A stretch of 54,189 bases of DNA from positions 1 to 54,189 of the IMG/VR virus record IMGVR_UViG_3300040807_003078. One strand, 5' to 3'. Under the pieces are notes generated by a model. It searched no databases, was not told the origin of the DNA, and saw only the letters and a list, made by a program, of their open reading frames with translations. A program made the position numbers and the translations under genes. Positions 30,767 through 39,999 of this stretch are shown here, in pieces (within the stretch, counting starts at the first letter, position 1; every line of letters starts with the position of its first letter). Source of the stretch: a virus (lineage: Duplodnaviria > Caudoviricetes).

Positions 30767-32161
30767 ATGGCGTACACAATTAACAAAACAGACGGAACAG
30801 TAGTTGCTACAATCACGGATGGAACGGTGGACAACACCACTTCGTTGCAGTTGTTTGGTAAATCATATTCAGGATTTGGCGAGGGGCTCAACGAGAACCT
30901 AGTAAAATTATTAGAGAACGCGGCATCAACCGCGGCACCTACAGCACCTTTGAAGGGTGAACTGTGGTTTGACACAACAACAAACCAGTTGAAAGTTTAC
31001 GACGGCACGAGTTTCAAACCAACAGGTGGTTCTAAATCGAGTGCGAGCCAGCCCACCTCACCATCAGCGGGAGACCTATGGCATGACACGGCGAATGATC
31101 AAGTTTCTGTTTACACAGGAAGTGCTTGGTTACTGGTAGGACCAGTATACACATCAGGACAGACTCTATCAGGTTGGAAGATCGAGACACTGGCAAGTTC
31201 AGGTGGAAACAAAGTGGTTTCATCGATGTACGTTGGCAACACAAGGGTTGCTATACTTTCTAAGGAAACTTTCACACCAAGTGCTACGCAAACTGGATTC
31301 GCAGAAATAAAAGCAGGATTCACACTTAACTCAACTTTGAGTGCTGTGTTCGAAGGTACAACAACATCTTCGGCGGCAATAGATGTGTCAGGAACATCAA
31401 ACACTTCAGCGACAGTGATCGCAGGAGGTAATTTTTTAAGAGCAGATGCGGCAGACACGACTACAGGTGCTTTGACCGTGGACACAGATTCAGGTGTAAT
31501 CATTGGTGACGCACAAGAGTTGACTATCACAGTTTCAAGCAATGACGTGACTGTTGCCCAAACTTCTCAAGACAAGGATTTGAAATTCACAGTAAACGAT
31601 GGCGGCGTGACGAAGACACCTCTACAGTTGACAGGTGCCGACGGCGGCATAGACATCACAGGTGACGTTACCATCACAGGTAACTTGAACATATCAGGTG
31701 AATACAATGCTAGTTCGTCAGCGATCAACACATACGATGACGCATTCATCAAGTTAAACAACGGAAACAGTGAAGTAGATTCAGGTATCATAGTAGAAAC
31801 GTCAGACACTGATGATGCCAGATTGTTTTACGATGTATCAGAAAACAGATGGAGTGCTGGTGAGAACCAATCATATTCTCCGATAATCAGATTAGCGGAT
31901 GCTGTGACAGACGGCAACGCAAACAAAGAAAAAGTTTTGAAAACAACAGCGGCTGGACTAGTAACAGTCACAAACATAAACTTGGCCGCAGTCGGTTCAG
32001 CAATAACAACATCAGACACTTCAAGCGTGAGTGTTCCAACTATTGGACAGGTGGCCACTTTTGGTAACCTATGGGGCGGATCAGCCAAAACTGTTTCAAC
32101 TTCAGCACCAACATCAGGCGACGGTGACAACGGGGACTTCTGGTTCGTAAGGGAGGCGTAA
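30767..32161 (+). CDS. Tail fibre protein (paralog 2) ending in STSAPTSGDGDNGDFWF
   Basis: Same N-terminal module and GELWFD/GDLWHD repeats as 29251 and 35478. No ADLAE chaperone. Confidence 0.75.
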   Translation: MAYTINKTDGTVVATITDGTVDNTTSLQLFGKSYSGFGEGLNENLVKLLENAASTAAPTAPLKGELWFDTTTNQLKVYDGTSFKPTGGSKSSASQPTSPSAGDLWHDTANDQVSVYTGSAWLLVGPVYTSGQTLSGWKIETLASSGGNKVVSSMYVGNTRVAILSKETFTPSATQTGFAEIKAGFTLNSTLSAVFEGTTTSSAAIDVSGTSNTSATVIAGGNFLRADAADTTTGALTVDTDSGVIIGDAQELTITVSSNDVTVAQTSQDKDLKFTVNDGGVTKTPLQLTGADGGIDITGDVTITGNLNISGEYNASSSAINTYDDAFIKLNNGNSEVDSGIIVETSDTDDARLFYDVSENRWSAGENQSYSPIIRLADAVTDGNANKEKVLKTTAAGLVTVTNINLAAVGSAITTSDTSSVSVPTIGQVATFGNLWGGSAKTVSTSAPTSGDGDNGDFWFVREA

Positions 32162-32167
32162 TCCTTT

Positions 32168-33592
32168 ATGGCCGCAGTCGTCAAGACATTCAACTATACA
32201 GGCACACTCAACACCGTTACGATACCCGCGGGCACTACATCTATTGATGTACACCTATGGGGCGGAGCAGGTGGCGGTGGTGGTTCTGACGCAGGAGGCC
32301 CTGGAGGAACAGGTGCCGCGGGACACTACGTAACATCTTCTTCAATAGCAATATCATCAGCACAGATCGGAACAACAATGGAAGTTGCAGTTGGTGGTGG
32401 TGCCGCTGGTGGTGGATCAGGTGGTGGAGCACCAGGTGGTACAAATGGAAAAAGTAAAACAGCATATTCAGGTGGTGAAGGCGGTAACGCTGGACCAAAC
32501 CCATATTCAGGAGCAGGCGGAGGTGGCGGAGGAGCCACCCTAGTAAGGATCAACGGAACGGACATCGCAGTCGCAGGAGGCGGTGGTGGAGGTGCCGGTG
32601 CGGGTGCGGCCTCAAACGGAACGTCAGGAGTAAACACAAACACAGCAACAGGTAATTCACCAGGAACACTGGGAGAAGACGGCAAGGACCACAGCGGAGA
32701 CGGTGGTGGTGGTGGAGCCGGCGGTGGTGGTGTTGATGGGGGAACCTCCGGCGATGCGGGCACAGGCGACAACGGTGGTACTGGCGGTAGATCAGGATCA
32801 AACAACGCGGCCAGTGGAACAGAAAACAACGGTTCTGGTGTTACGCCGGGAGGCACTGGATCTCAGTACTACTCTTCGGGTGTAGCAGTTGGTGGACAGC
32901 CAGGCTCGTCAGGAGGAGATGGTAAAGCAGTAGTCATATTCAACGTAGGTGTACAGGCGAACTACAAAGTTTCAGGTACATGGAAAGCAATAGATGATAT
33001 GTATGTCAAAGTCTCGGGTGCTTGGAAGCAGGTCACAGCAGGTTATCACAAAGTTGGAGGTGTGTGGAAAGCACTTTTCAATTCGGGAATAAATTTCGTG
33101 TCGACATCGGCAGGGTTTGGTGACGCTAACGGAAGTTCAAGTTCAGGTGGCGGTGGAACAGGAGGCGGTTGTTTCATAGCAGGCACAATGATCTCAATGG
33201 CGGATGGCACACTCAAACCGGTTGAACAAGTGGACATAGGCGACATTGTATCAGTTGGTGGCAAAGTATTTGCAACAGGTAAGTTCTTGATAGACAACTT
33301 ATATGATTACAACGGTATTCAGGTATCTGGAACACACATGGTCAAAGAAGACGGTGCGTGGATCAGGGTTGAAGACAGCAGAATAGGAAGATCACTAGGT
33401 GACGACGAAGTTATAGTGTACGTGTTTGGTAACGAGAACAGAAGAATCATAATCAACGGAACAGAATTCACAGACTACTTCGAATTAAGCGAACAGCAAG
33501 AATTAGCCAACCACGGCGAACAGTTTTTCAGTAATTGGCAGGATCATGATAGACAGATTCATGATAAAAATGTTAATATACTGAATGCTTGA
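32168..33592 (+). CDS. Glycine-rich tail adhesin-like protein with a C-terminal Hint (hedgehog/intein) domain
   Basis: LWGGAGGGGG polyglycine blocks and triple KV(S/G)GxWK repeat. Then GGG|CFIAGTMISMADGTLKPVEQVDIGD (block A, Cys335 at 33170), VSGTH (block B His) and VYVFGNENRRIIING (block F-like). Confidence 0.85.
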   Translation: MAAVVKTFNYTGTLNTVTIPAGTTSIDVHLWGGAGGGGGSDAGGPGGTGAAGHYVTSSSIAISSAQIGTTMEVAVGGGAAGGGSGGGAPGGTNGKSKTAYSGGEGGNAGPNPYSGAGGGGGGATLVRINGTDIAVAGGGGGGAGAGAASNGTSGVNTNTATGNSPGTLGEDGKDHSGDGGGGGAGGGGVDGGTSGDAGTGDNGGTGGRSGSNNAASGTENNGSGVTPGGTGSQYYSSGVAVGGQPGSSGGDGKAVVIFNVGVQANYKVSGTWKAIDDMYVKVSGAWKQVTAGYHKVGGVWKALFNSGINFVSTSAGFGDANGSSSSGGGGTGGGCFIAGTMISMADGTLKPVEQVDIGDIVSVGGKVFATGKFLIDNLYDYNGIQVSGTHMVKEDGAWIRVEDSRIGRSLGDDEVIVYVFGNENRRIIINGTEFTDYFELSEQQELANHGEQFFSNWQDHDRQIHDKNVNILNA

Positions 33593-34253
33593 TAAAAGTT
33601 TTTACCACGGACAGCAAGGAGAATGTTTTAGGCAGTTGGAAAAACACTGGCGAGACATCAAACACGAGTTCGATTCACAACCAAACAAGACTTTCCTAGA
33701 TCCAGAAGACTTCTCAGACAGCGTGAGGGGACTGCCCGACGACTTCGATGACAGGTCAGGTGACTATGTGCATGGACAATGGAAGGCACTGGGCATACAG
33801 TCAGGAGATCACGAGGGACAATCGTTCAATGATTACCCAATGCTGTATTCCATATTGAGAAAATTTCCCTACAAGACCAACGTTGCCATAATGACAGTGG
33901 GAGCCAACACCAAGATCGGCAATCACACAGACAACGAGGGAGGATGGAGGTATCAGATGTGCCTTGACGATGGCGGCGGCGATCGAAGTGGTATGTATGT
34001 GTTGAACTTGGAAACTGGAAAACAAGAACTTTATACCTGGAAAAGCGGTGAGGCGTTTGTGTTCCAGCCAGACCTACAACTACACAACGGATTCAACAAC
34101 AATCCTGGCGAGAGGACCACGCTATTAATTGACTTTTACAAGGAATCCGTGTACACTAAAGACAAGTTTGAGAAATATTACCAACACTATTCGGAATGTT
34201 TCGAGGGGTTGGAAAATTTAGTGGACACATATGAGTCAAGGAAGAAAAAATAA
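33585..34253 (+). CDS. Aspartyl/asparaginyl beta-hydroxylase family Fe(II)/2OG dioxygenase (AspH/LpxO-like)
   Basis: W.ALGI, HxD (GNHTD), W..GEAFVF, LHNGFN and RTTLLIDF motifs. Confidence 0.8.
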   Translation: MLDKSFYHGQQGECFRQLEKHWRDIKHEFDSQPNKTFLDPEDFSDSVRGLPDDFDDRSGDYVHGQWKALGIQSGDHEGQSFNDYPMLYSILRKFPYKTNVAIMTVGANTKIGNHTDNEGGWRYQMCLDDGGGDRSGMYVLNLETGKQELYTWKSGEAFVFQPDLQLHNGFNNNPGERTTLLIDFYKESVYTKDKFEKYYQHYSECFEGLENLVDTYESRKKK

Positions 34254-34818
34254 GATAGCGATTGTAGGACACACCAAGGGCATAGGCAAGGCCATCGCTG
34301 ACCTATACAACAAAAAAGGTTTCGATGTGCTTGGACTCAGCAAGAGCAACGGGTTCGACATCAATACAGATCAAGAAAAAATTTTAGAAAGCATCGCAGG
34401 ATGTCCTTTGGTTGTGTTGAATGCCTACAGTGGAAGATCACAATTGGATCTGTTGAAAAGGATATACGGAAAACACGCATTTGATAAAATGAAAGTGGCT
34501 GTCATAACCAGCACGTCTGGCACAGACTCTGGCGAGGATTACAACGAGTTTGAATTGTGGAATAAGTTTGAATACGTGCAGTACTGTGAAAACAAAAAAG
34601 AATTGATTGGTTACATCAGTGACCTACAGGAAGATTTGTTCAACAAACCACTTTCGATATACGATGTGTGTCCTGATGTGGTGGACACCGACATGACAAA
34701 AGGGTTATGGACAAATTTGCCAAAACTAAAAGCATCCGAGGTGGCAGATGCAGTGATGCTTTGTTTTGAATCAACATACAACATAAACAAGATAGTGTTA
34801 CAGAAGAATGTTAGTTAG
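34231..34818 (+). CDS. Short-chain dehydrogenase/reductase (SDR)
   Basis: IAIVGHTKGIGKAIA Rossmann motif, VLNA, ITS, YxxxK (YCENK) and CPDVVDTDM. Confidence 0.85.
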   Translation: MSQGRKNKIAIVGHTKGIGKAIADLYNKKGFDVLGLSKSNGFDINTDQEKILESIAGCPLVVLNAYSGRSQLDLLKRIYGKHAFDKMKVAVITSTSGTDSGEDYNEFELWNKFEYVQYCENKKELIGYISDLQEDLFNKPLSIYDVCPDVVDTDMTKGLWTNLPKLKASEVADAVMLCFESTYNINKIVLQKNVS

Positions 34819-35272
34819 ACCCTGGGATAGAGACAAAGATTACAGCACACTGGTCAAGTGGTGGGAACAGTGGGAGTTTGGTGTGGTACCAAAAGAGTGT
34901 CTACCACCAGAGGGAGTAATGGTGGAATCTGACGGACATCCGTTGTGTGCCGGTGGCCTATATGTGGGAGAAGGCACAAAGTTTGGATTCATGGAATGGA
35001 TAGTGACAGACAAACACGCAGATTCCAGGAAAATACACACTGGTCTCAAACTTTGTATAGACAGCATAATGGATTTGGCCAAGGACAAAGGAATCAAATT
35101 GGTCTATACAGCCACCAAGGAACAGGCACTGCATAAGAGATACACAAAATATCACGACATGGTGCTGACAGAGAGTAATGTGAAGACGTTTCTCAGAGAT
35201 CTCGACGGGTCATATTCGCAGGATTTAACGTGGATATCAGACGATGAGCAGATAGAATCACGTAATAAATAA
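34808..35272 (+). CDS. GNAT-fold acyl/acetyltransferase
   Basis: Size and pattern (VRPW...DY..L..WW, LCAGGLY, EWIVTD, AKDKGIKLVYT) fit a phage GNAT. Confidence 0.65.
   Translation: MLVRPWDRDKDYSTLVKWWEQWEFGVVPKECLPPEGVMVESDGHPLCAGGLYVGEGTKFGFMEWIVTDKHADSRKIHTGLKLCIDSIMDLAKDKGIKLVYTATKEQALHKRYTKYHDMVLTESNVKTFLRDLDGSYSQDLTWISDDEQIESRNK
35264..35271 (+). promoter_or_regulatory. Putative late promoter AATAAATA
   Basis: 7/8 consensus at the end of the GNAT gene, followed by SD AAGGAG and ATG 35292. Confidence 0.55.
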
Positions 35273-35291
35273 GCATAAGGAGTACATTTAA

Positions 35292-35474
35292 ATGGCAACA
35301 AAACAAGAAGTCGCAGACTACATCAATGCAAACTACGAGTCGGCTTGGACAGCAGAGGAAGAAGCGAAAATTGACGCTATGCTGACACCGGAACTGGCAA
35401 CTATATTGATCAAGTTAGTGGGTGATGTTAGTTTCTTGACTGAAGTCAGAGACAACGCATCAAACAACGAATAG
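35292..35474 (+). CDS. Small acidic hypothetical protein (60 aa)
   Basis: Strong SD AAGGAG; fills the gap before the third fibre gene. Confidence 0.7.
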   Translation: MATKQEVADYINANYESAWTAEEEAKIDAMLTPELATILIKLVGDVSFLTEVRDNASNNE

Positions 35475-35477
35475 AGC

Positions 35478-37112
35478 ATGGCATACAAAATAAACAACAC
35501 ATTTGGAACGCTATTGGTCACGTTGGCCGATGGAACTATTGACGTTGGTACAACAGACCTCACGCTGATAGGAAAAGGTTACGCCGGCTTCGGTGAAAAA
35601 CTAAATGAAAACTTCGTAAAATTACTAGAGAATTTCAACAACACATCAGCACCGTCAAACAAGATCCAGGGTCAGATGTGGTATGACAAGACAAACAATC
35701 AAATCAATGTCTACACTGGGTCAAAATGGAAACAATTAGGTTCAACTGTTAACTCTACAACAGCACCCAGCGATGCGGCCACTGGTGATATGTGGTTTGA
35801 TACGTTGAACACCCAACTATACGTGTACACTGGTACGGCGTGGACTCTGATTGGTCCAACCACAGTTTCTGGATCAGGTGTGACACAGGTCGTTACAGAA
35901 TCACCAGAAGACAACACAGGGGTAAAAAGATCAATTCTAAAATTAGTTGCCAATGACACTGTCGTTGGTGTGGTATCTAATCTGGCATTCACACCAAGTG
36001 CGACTGAAACATTAGGTGCGGCACTGATCACAGCAGGTTTTTCATCAGTGGCACAAGGTATACAACTTTCAAGTTCTGTGTCATCAGCAAAATTCAGAGG
36101 CACGGCGACGGATTCTGATCTTTTAGGCGGGGTATCGCCTTCAAGTTATCTGAGATCAGATGGTGCTGACACAACCACGGGTAGATTGACAGTACAATCC
36201 GATGATGGTATACGTTTGGGAGCAGGCAATGACATCACAATGACATTGTCGAGTGATGATTTCACTATCGCACAGACCACGCAGGACAAGGACATCATAT
36301 TCACGGTGAACGATGGTGGCACAACAAAAGAAGCATTGAGAATAACAGGATCCACAGGTAGGATCGAGAGTTTACGAGTAGGCGATTTGACCGTTGATGG
36401 CACACAGACGATCATCAACACGTCGACATTGTCGGTAGAGGACAACATCATAGAACTGAACAGGAACATATCGAGTGCTTCCGGCATGCCGAGTTACACA
36501 GGTTTGAAAGTGAACAGGGGTGAAACTTCATCCTCCACTGAGCAAAATCTCTATTGGGTATGGGACGAAACATACGCAAGTGATGAATCAACAGGTAGCG
36601 GTATAGGTGCGGCCGGTGGTGCTTGGACGGCATTTATGTCTGCCCAGACACAAGGCAACATCGAGGCTCCCACACTGGTGGATATCAGGGCAAACGTGGT
36701 ACACGCAACTTCAACAGCGGCGAGATACGCTGACTTGGCAGAGCGTTACGAAGCGGATTGTTTGATGGAAGTCGGAGATGTGGCGATCTTGGGCGGAGAA
36801 GCAGAAATTACAAAATGTGAGGACGAGTTGTCAGACGCCGTATTTGGTGTTATATCAGAATCACCAGCATTTTTAATGAACGCAGAAGCAGGAAACAACG
36901 AGTCTCATCCGATGGTTTGCTTGAAAGGACGTGTATCAGTCAAGGTACAAGGGTCAGGCAAAGCGGGTGATCGTGTAGTATCAGCAGGAAATGGTGAGGC
37001 ACGTGTGGCACAACTTGAAGAATGTACCGCTTTTAACACCTTGGGAAGGCTGATCAAGGATAAATACAACGTAGAAACAGCATTAACAGAGTGCGTGATA
37101 GGAGTGAAATAA
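35478..37112 (+). CDS. Tail fibre protein (paralog 3) with a C-terminal chaperone-like domain
   Basis: LIGKGYAGFGEKLNENFVKLLENF, GQMWYD/GDMWFD, LSVEDNIIELN and ADLAERY...VCLKGRVSVKV. Confidence 0.75.
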   Translation: MAYKINNTFGTLLVTLADGTIDVGTTDLTLIGKGYAGFGEKLNENFVKLLENFNNTSAPSNKIQGQMWYDKTNNQINVYTGSKWKQLGSTVNSTTAPSDAATGDMWFDTLNTQLYVYTGTAWTLIGPTTVSGSGVTQVVTESPEDNTGVKRSILKLVANDTVVGVVSNLAFTPSATETLGAALITAGFSSVAQGIQLSSSVSSAKFRGTATDSDLLGGVSPSSYLRSDGADTTTGRLTVQSDDGIRLGAGNDITMTLSSDDFTIAQTTQDKDIIFTVNDGGTTKEALRITGSTGRIESLRVGDLTVDGTQTIINTSTLSVEDNIIELNRNISSASGMPSYTGLKVNRGETSSSTEQNLYWVWDETYASDESTGSGIGAAGGAWTAFMSAQTQGNIEAPTLVDIRANVVHATSTAARYADLAERYEADCLMEVGDVAILGGEAEITKCEDELSDAVFGVISESPAFLMNAEAGNNESHPMVCLKGRVSVKVQGSGKAGDRVVSAGNGEARVAQLEECTAFNTLGRLIKDKYNVETALTECVIGVK

Positions 37113-37118
37113 AAATTT

Positions 37119-38081
37119 ATGGCATACACAGCAGGTGATACTATATTAGATGATGAATACAACACGTTTGTGAACAGTTCAAGTTCACCATTCGGTTACA
37201 ACCATTTCGCAGGGACAGGTTCTTTGACATACGGACTTGGTCAGAGTTCAATTTCAACAGTGACAGCAGGTGATACGATCAACGCATCACACTGGAACAC
37301 ACTTTTCACTGGAATGGACAACATTGCCAACCACGTAAACATAGTATTGACTACAAGGCTTGCGGTGTCGGCTGGAGACCCGATCGAAATTGCGGCGGCA
37401 GTCGCAACAGACTTGGCAAGTTTGGCCACAGAGGTAAACGGCGGTAGCACAGGTGCCACAGCACTTACAACTTCATCTGCTCTACAGACAGCGACAACAG
37501 GTTCAGAAGGTTGGGACAACACAGCGACACAGGAAGTTTCAGCAACCTTCACAAATGCCAATGAGATGAGATACTTCTTCAACGCAGGTGGTAAGATCAG
37601 GGTAACAGTTGGTACTTCAGCGGCATCAACAAGTGCCAAGGACACTGCTTTCGCGGCATTGGGAACAGCACTGGGTAACTTGGACATAGCGGCACAGGCC
37701 AGCACAAGATCAGGAGCATCACAAAGTTTGACCACAAACGGTTTCGCAAACGGTTTCTATGACCTAGGAACAAGTTACACTACAATCTGTTTGATCACAC
37801 AGAACGCATACGCGGCATACAACTCAAACACGTTGAAGATGGAGGCCAAGTTAGACGCGGCGCCAGGCTCTTCAACTAAAATTACGATCAAGATGACAGC
37901 ATCTGACCCAGCGGCAGACACACAGTATCCAGCAGGTAACGGTGGTGGTGTACCAACAGACGTCAAGAACACGCCTAAGATGGTGACTACATTATTCACG
38001 GTCACTCCGAACACTAGTAACGGTTTGGCAACGGCGTATGGCGTATCATCAACTGCTGTAGAATCTAACGGTACAACGTAA
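37119..38081 (+). CDS. Virion structural protein (Thr/Ala/Ser-rich)
   Basis: MAY start like the fibre genes, I.A..WN.L repeats and RYFFNAGG.I motif. Last gene of the late block. Confidence 0.6.
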   Translation: MAYTAGDTILDDEYNTFVNSSSSPFGYNHFAGTGSLTYGLGQSSISTVTAGDTINASHWNTLFTGMDNIANHVNIVLTTRLAVSAGDPIEIAAAVATDLASLATEVNGGSTGATALTTSSALQTATTGSEGWDNTATQEVSATFTNANEMRYFFNAGGKIRVTVGTSAASTSAKDTAFAALGTALGNLDIAAQASTRSGASQSLTTNGFANGFYDLGTSYTTICLITQNAYAAYNSNTLKMEAKLDAAPGSSTKITIKMTASDPAADTQYPAGNGGGVPTDVKNTPKMVTTLFTVTPNTSNGLATAYGVSSTAVESNGTT

Positions 38082-38098
38082 TATTTTTTTTTACCAGG

Positions 38099-38127
38099 TT
38101 GATTCCACACCATAATTATTGTATAAT
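38099..38127 (+). promoter_or_regulatory. Sigma70-type promoter heading the modification locus
   Basis: TTGATT (38099-38104), 17-nt spacer, perfect TATAAT (38122-38127). ATG 38134 follows 6 nt later. Confidence 0.7.
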
Positions 38128-38133
38128 TGTGGT

Positions 38134-38451
38134 ATGGACATTGACAATCTAAAACAAATCTCTCAACAGAGTTATGACATTGCCTTACAGAAGGCCAATG
38201 CATTGAAGAAAGCGGAATCAGACCAGATAGTGGTCTATGAGAATCACATATTCAAGGCAGATGTGATCACCATATGCCTGGTGAAGACGCTCGCAGAATC
38301 ACACAGTAGTTTTTTTGTACTCGACACCAACCACAATCCGGTTGAAATCAAGGACGGTGCAGGGTTCCTCAAGGCATTGATCGAAAAAAACCAATCATCC
38401 CTAAACGCATACCATCAGTTACATCAAAAATTCAGAAACAAAAGGGCATAA
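38134..38451 (+). CDS. Hypothetical protein (105 aa from ATG 38134)
   Basis: ATG downstream of the -10 box; TAATG coupling to the next gene. Confidence 0.65.
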   Translation: MDIDNLKQISQQSYDIALQKANALKKAESDQIVVYENHIFKADVITICLVKTLAESHSSFFVLDTNHNPVEIKDGAGFLKALIEKNQSSLNAYHQLHQKFRNKRA

Positions 38452-39200
38452 TGAAGAAGGGGGTTCTGCTTTATTGTTTCAACACAAGTCAAGTGGCCTA
38501 CAGCAGGATCACGGAGCGGTGTGTGGCCTTGATCAAGAAGCATCTGCGTCTGCCGATCACTGTGGTAACCAACTTTGAAACATTCAAATTCATGAAGCCG
38601 ATGGGTATGGTCAACTACAAGTTGATAGAGAACGATATCAAAAACAACAGGGCAGGAAAACCCTGGTACAACCTTGAAAGACATCTTGCCTATCAACACT
38701 CGCCATATGATAGGACGCTGGTCATAGACGTTGATTATTTTTGCTACACGGATAAACTTCTGAGACTGATGGACACCGAGAACGATTTCCTGGTACACAA
38801 AGATGCCCACGATGTCATGTTCAATACCAATATGCGGTTCGAAAGGGAAGCCATGCTGGACATTGTCTGGGCCACTGTCCTTATATTCAGCAAGACACCC
38901 AGGGTTAAAGCAATATTTGACACAGTGAAACTGGTCAAGGACAACTACTATCATTTCTGCCAACTGTACAGGATCTCATATAAAAATTTCAGGAACGATT
39001 ACGCCTTTGCTATAGCACTAGAACAGATAGGTGGACACAGGGACTATGACATAATCAAGGACAGCATAGCCACTGTGCCTGCAGATGCCAAGTGCAGGGT
39101 ATTGAAAGAAAATGGTGCCGTGGTCGAGTGGAATGGCAAGGTAGTTTCCCTTGAAGACCAGGACATACATTTTTTGAACAAGGATATCATGTATGTCTAG
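38451..39200 (+). CDS. Putative GT-A fold glycosyltransferase
   Basis: KGVLLYCFN, ITVVT, SPYDRTLVIDVD (DxD) and RNDYAFAIAL. Confidence 0.65.
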   Translation: MKKGVLLYCFNTSQVAYSRITERCVALIKKHLRLPITVVTNFETFKFMKPMGMVNYKLIENDIKNNRAGKPWYNLERHLAYQHSPYDRTLVIDVDYFCYTDKLLRLMDTENDFLVHKDAHDVMFNTNMRFEREAMLDIVWATVLIFSKTPRVKAIFDTVKLVKDNYYHFCQLYRISYKNFRNDYAFAIALEQIGGHRDYDIIKDSIATVPADAKCRVLKENGAVVEWNGKVVSLEDQDIHFLNKDIMYV

Positions 39201-39999
39201 GGGATTCGTTTGGTTTTGTCAGAACAACAATGACACAGATTATGTGAAGTTGTCTTGCGAACTGGCCAGGACCATAAAAAAGCACAACAAGGACAGTGAC
39301 GTTTGTGTCATAGTGGACAAAGACAGTGTGTTCGAAGACAAGCACGTTGATGTGATAAAGGTGTTGGACAGCGATGAAGCAGAAGGACATAACAAAAAAT
39401 TCGCCAATGAGTACAAGGTTTTCGAACTGACACCCTTTACTCACACAATAAAACTAGAAGCAGATATGCTTTGGAACAGCAGAACCGATTGGTGGTGGAA
39501 CTACCTTTGTCAGCACAACCTGGTGTTTTCGATCTCCTGCCTGAACTACAAGGAGCAAAGAGTTGATGACACAACCTACAGGCCTTTCCACGCTAGGAAT
39601 CATCTACCTAATCTATACAATGGTATGACATATTTCAGGAGAAGCATGTTTGCCCACACATTCTTTAGAGTGTGCGAAAGCATCGTTAAAAACTGGAAGG
39701 TCGTGAAGGAAGAATTATTACAAACCTGTTTCGACAGCGTTCCAACGACAGATGTCGTTTACGCACTTGCTTACAGGATCATTGATCCAACAATGCAGGG
39801 CATCATAGACTACCCGTGGTTCAAGTTCATACACAACAAAAGTGGCATACACCAAAGGAAATATGACTATGATACAATGAACTATTTCTATCCTGTGCGT
39901 GTGGATGACAACATTTACTTTGGAGGGAAGAGGATCACAGCACCACTTCATTACTTCAATAAAAATTTCTTGGAGGTATTAGATGTCAGATCGATTTAA
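39193..39999 (+). CDS. Putative GT-A fold glycosyltransferase, paralogous to the upstream gene
   Basis: RGFVWFCQN..DYV, TPFTHTIKLEADML, LYNGMTYF, TDVVYALA and PLHY. Confidence 0.6.
   Translation: MSRGFVWFCQNNNDTDYVKLSCELARTIKKHNKDSDVCVIVDKDSVFEDKHVDVIKVLDSDEAEGHNKKFANEYKVFELTPFTHTIKLEADMLWNSRTDWWWNYLCQHNLVFSISCLNYKEQRVDDTTYRPFHARNHLPNLYNGMTYFRRSMFAHTFFRVCESIVKNWKVVKEELLQTCFDSVPTTDVVYALAYRIIDPTMQGIIDYPWFKFIHNKSGIHQRKYDYDTMNYFYPVRVDDNIYFGGKRITAPLHYFNKNFLEVLDVRSI

Noticed and set aside
32230-32930. GGT/GGC-rich repeats as a CRISPR or satellite array, and the Pro-rich antisense ORF 32326..32856
   Set aside because: Explained by polyglycine codons. No constant repeat-spacer periodicity; the antisense ORF is a shadow.
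33170-33592. Classical self-splicing intein or mobile element
   Set aside because: No homing endonuclease, no terminal His-Asn/+1 nucleophile and no substantial C-extein. Treated as a non-splicing Hint domain.
29251-38081. Diversity-generating retroelement or invertible shufflon acting on the fibres
   Set aside because: No reverse transcriptase, recombinase, near-identical template/variable repeat pair or inverted crossover sites were seen in this window.
38082-38092. T-run after the structural operon as an intrinsic terminator
   Set aside because: No convincing GC-rich hairpin precedes it; it may instead be an AT-rich upstream element of the 38099 promoter.
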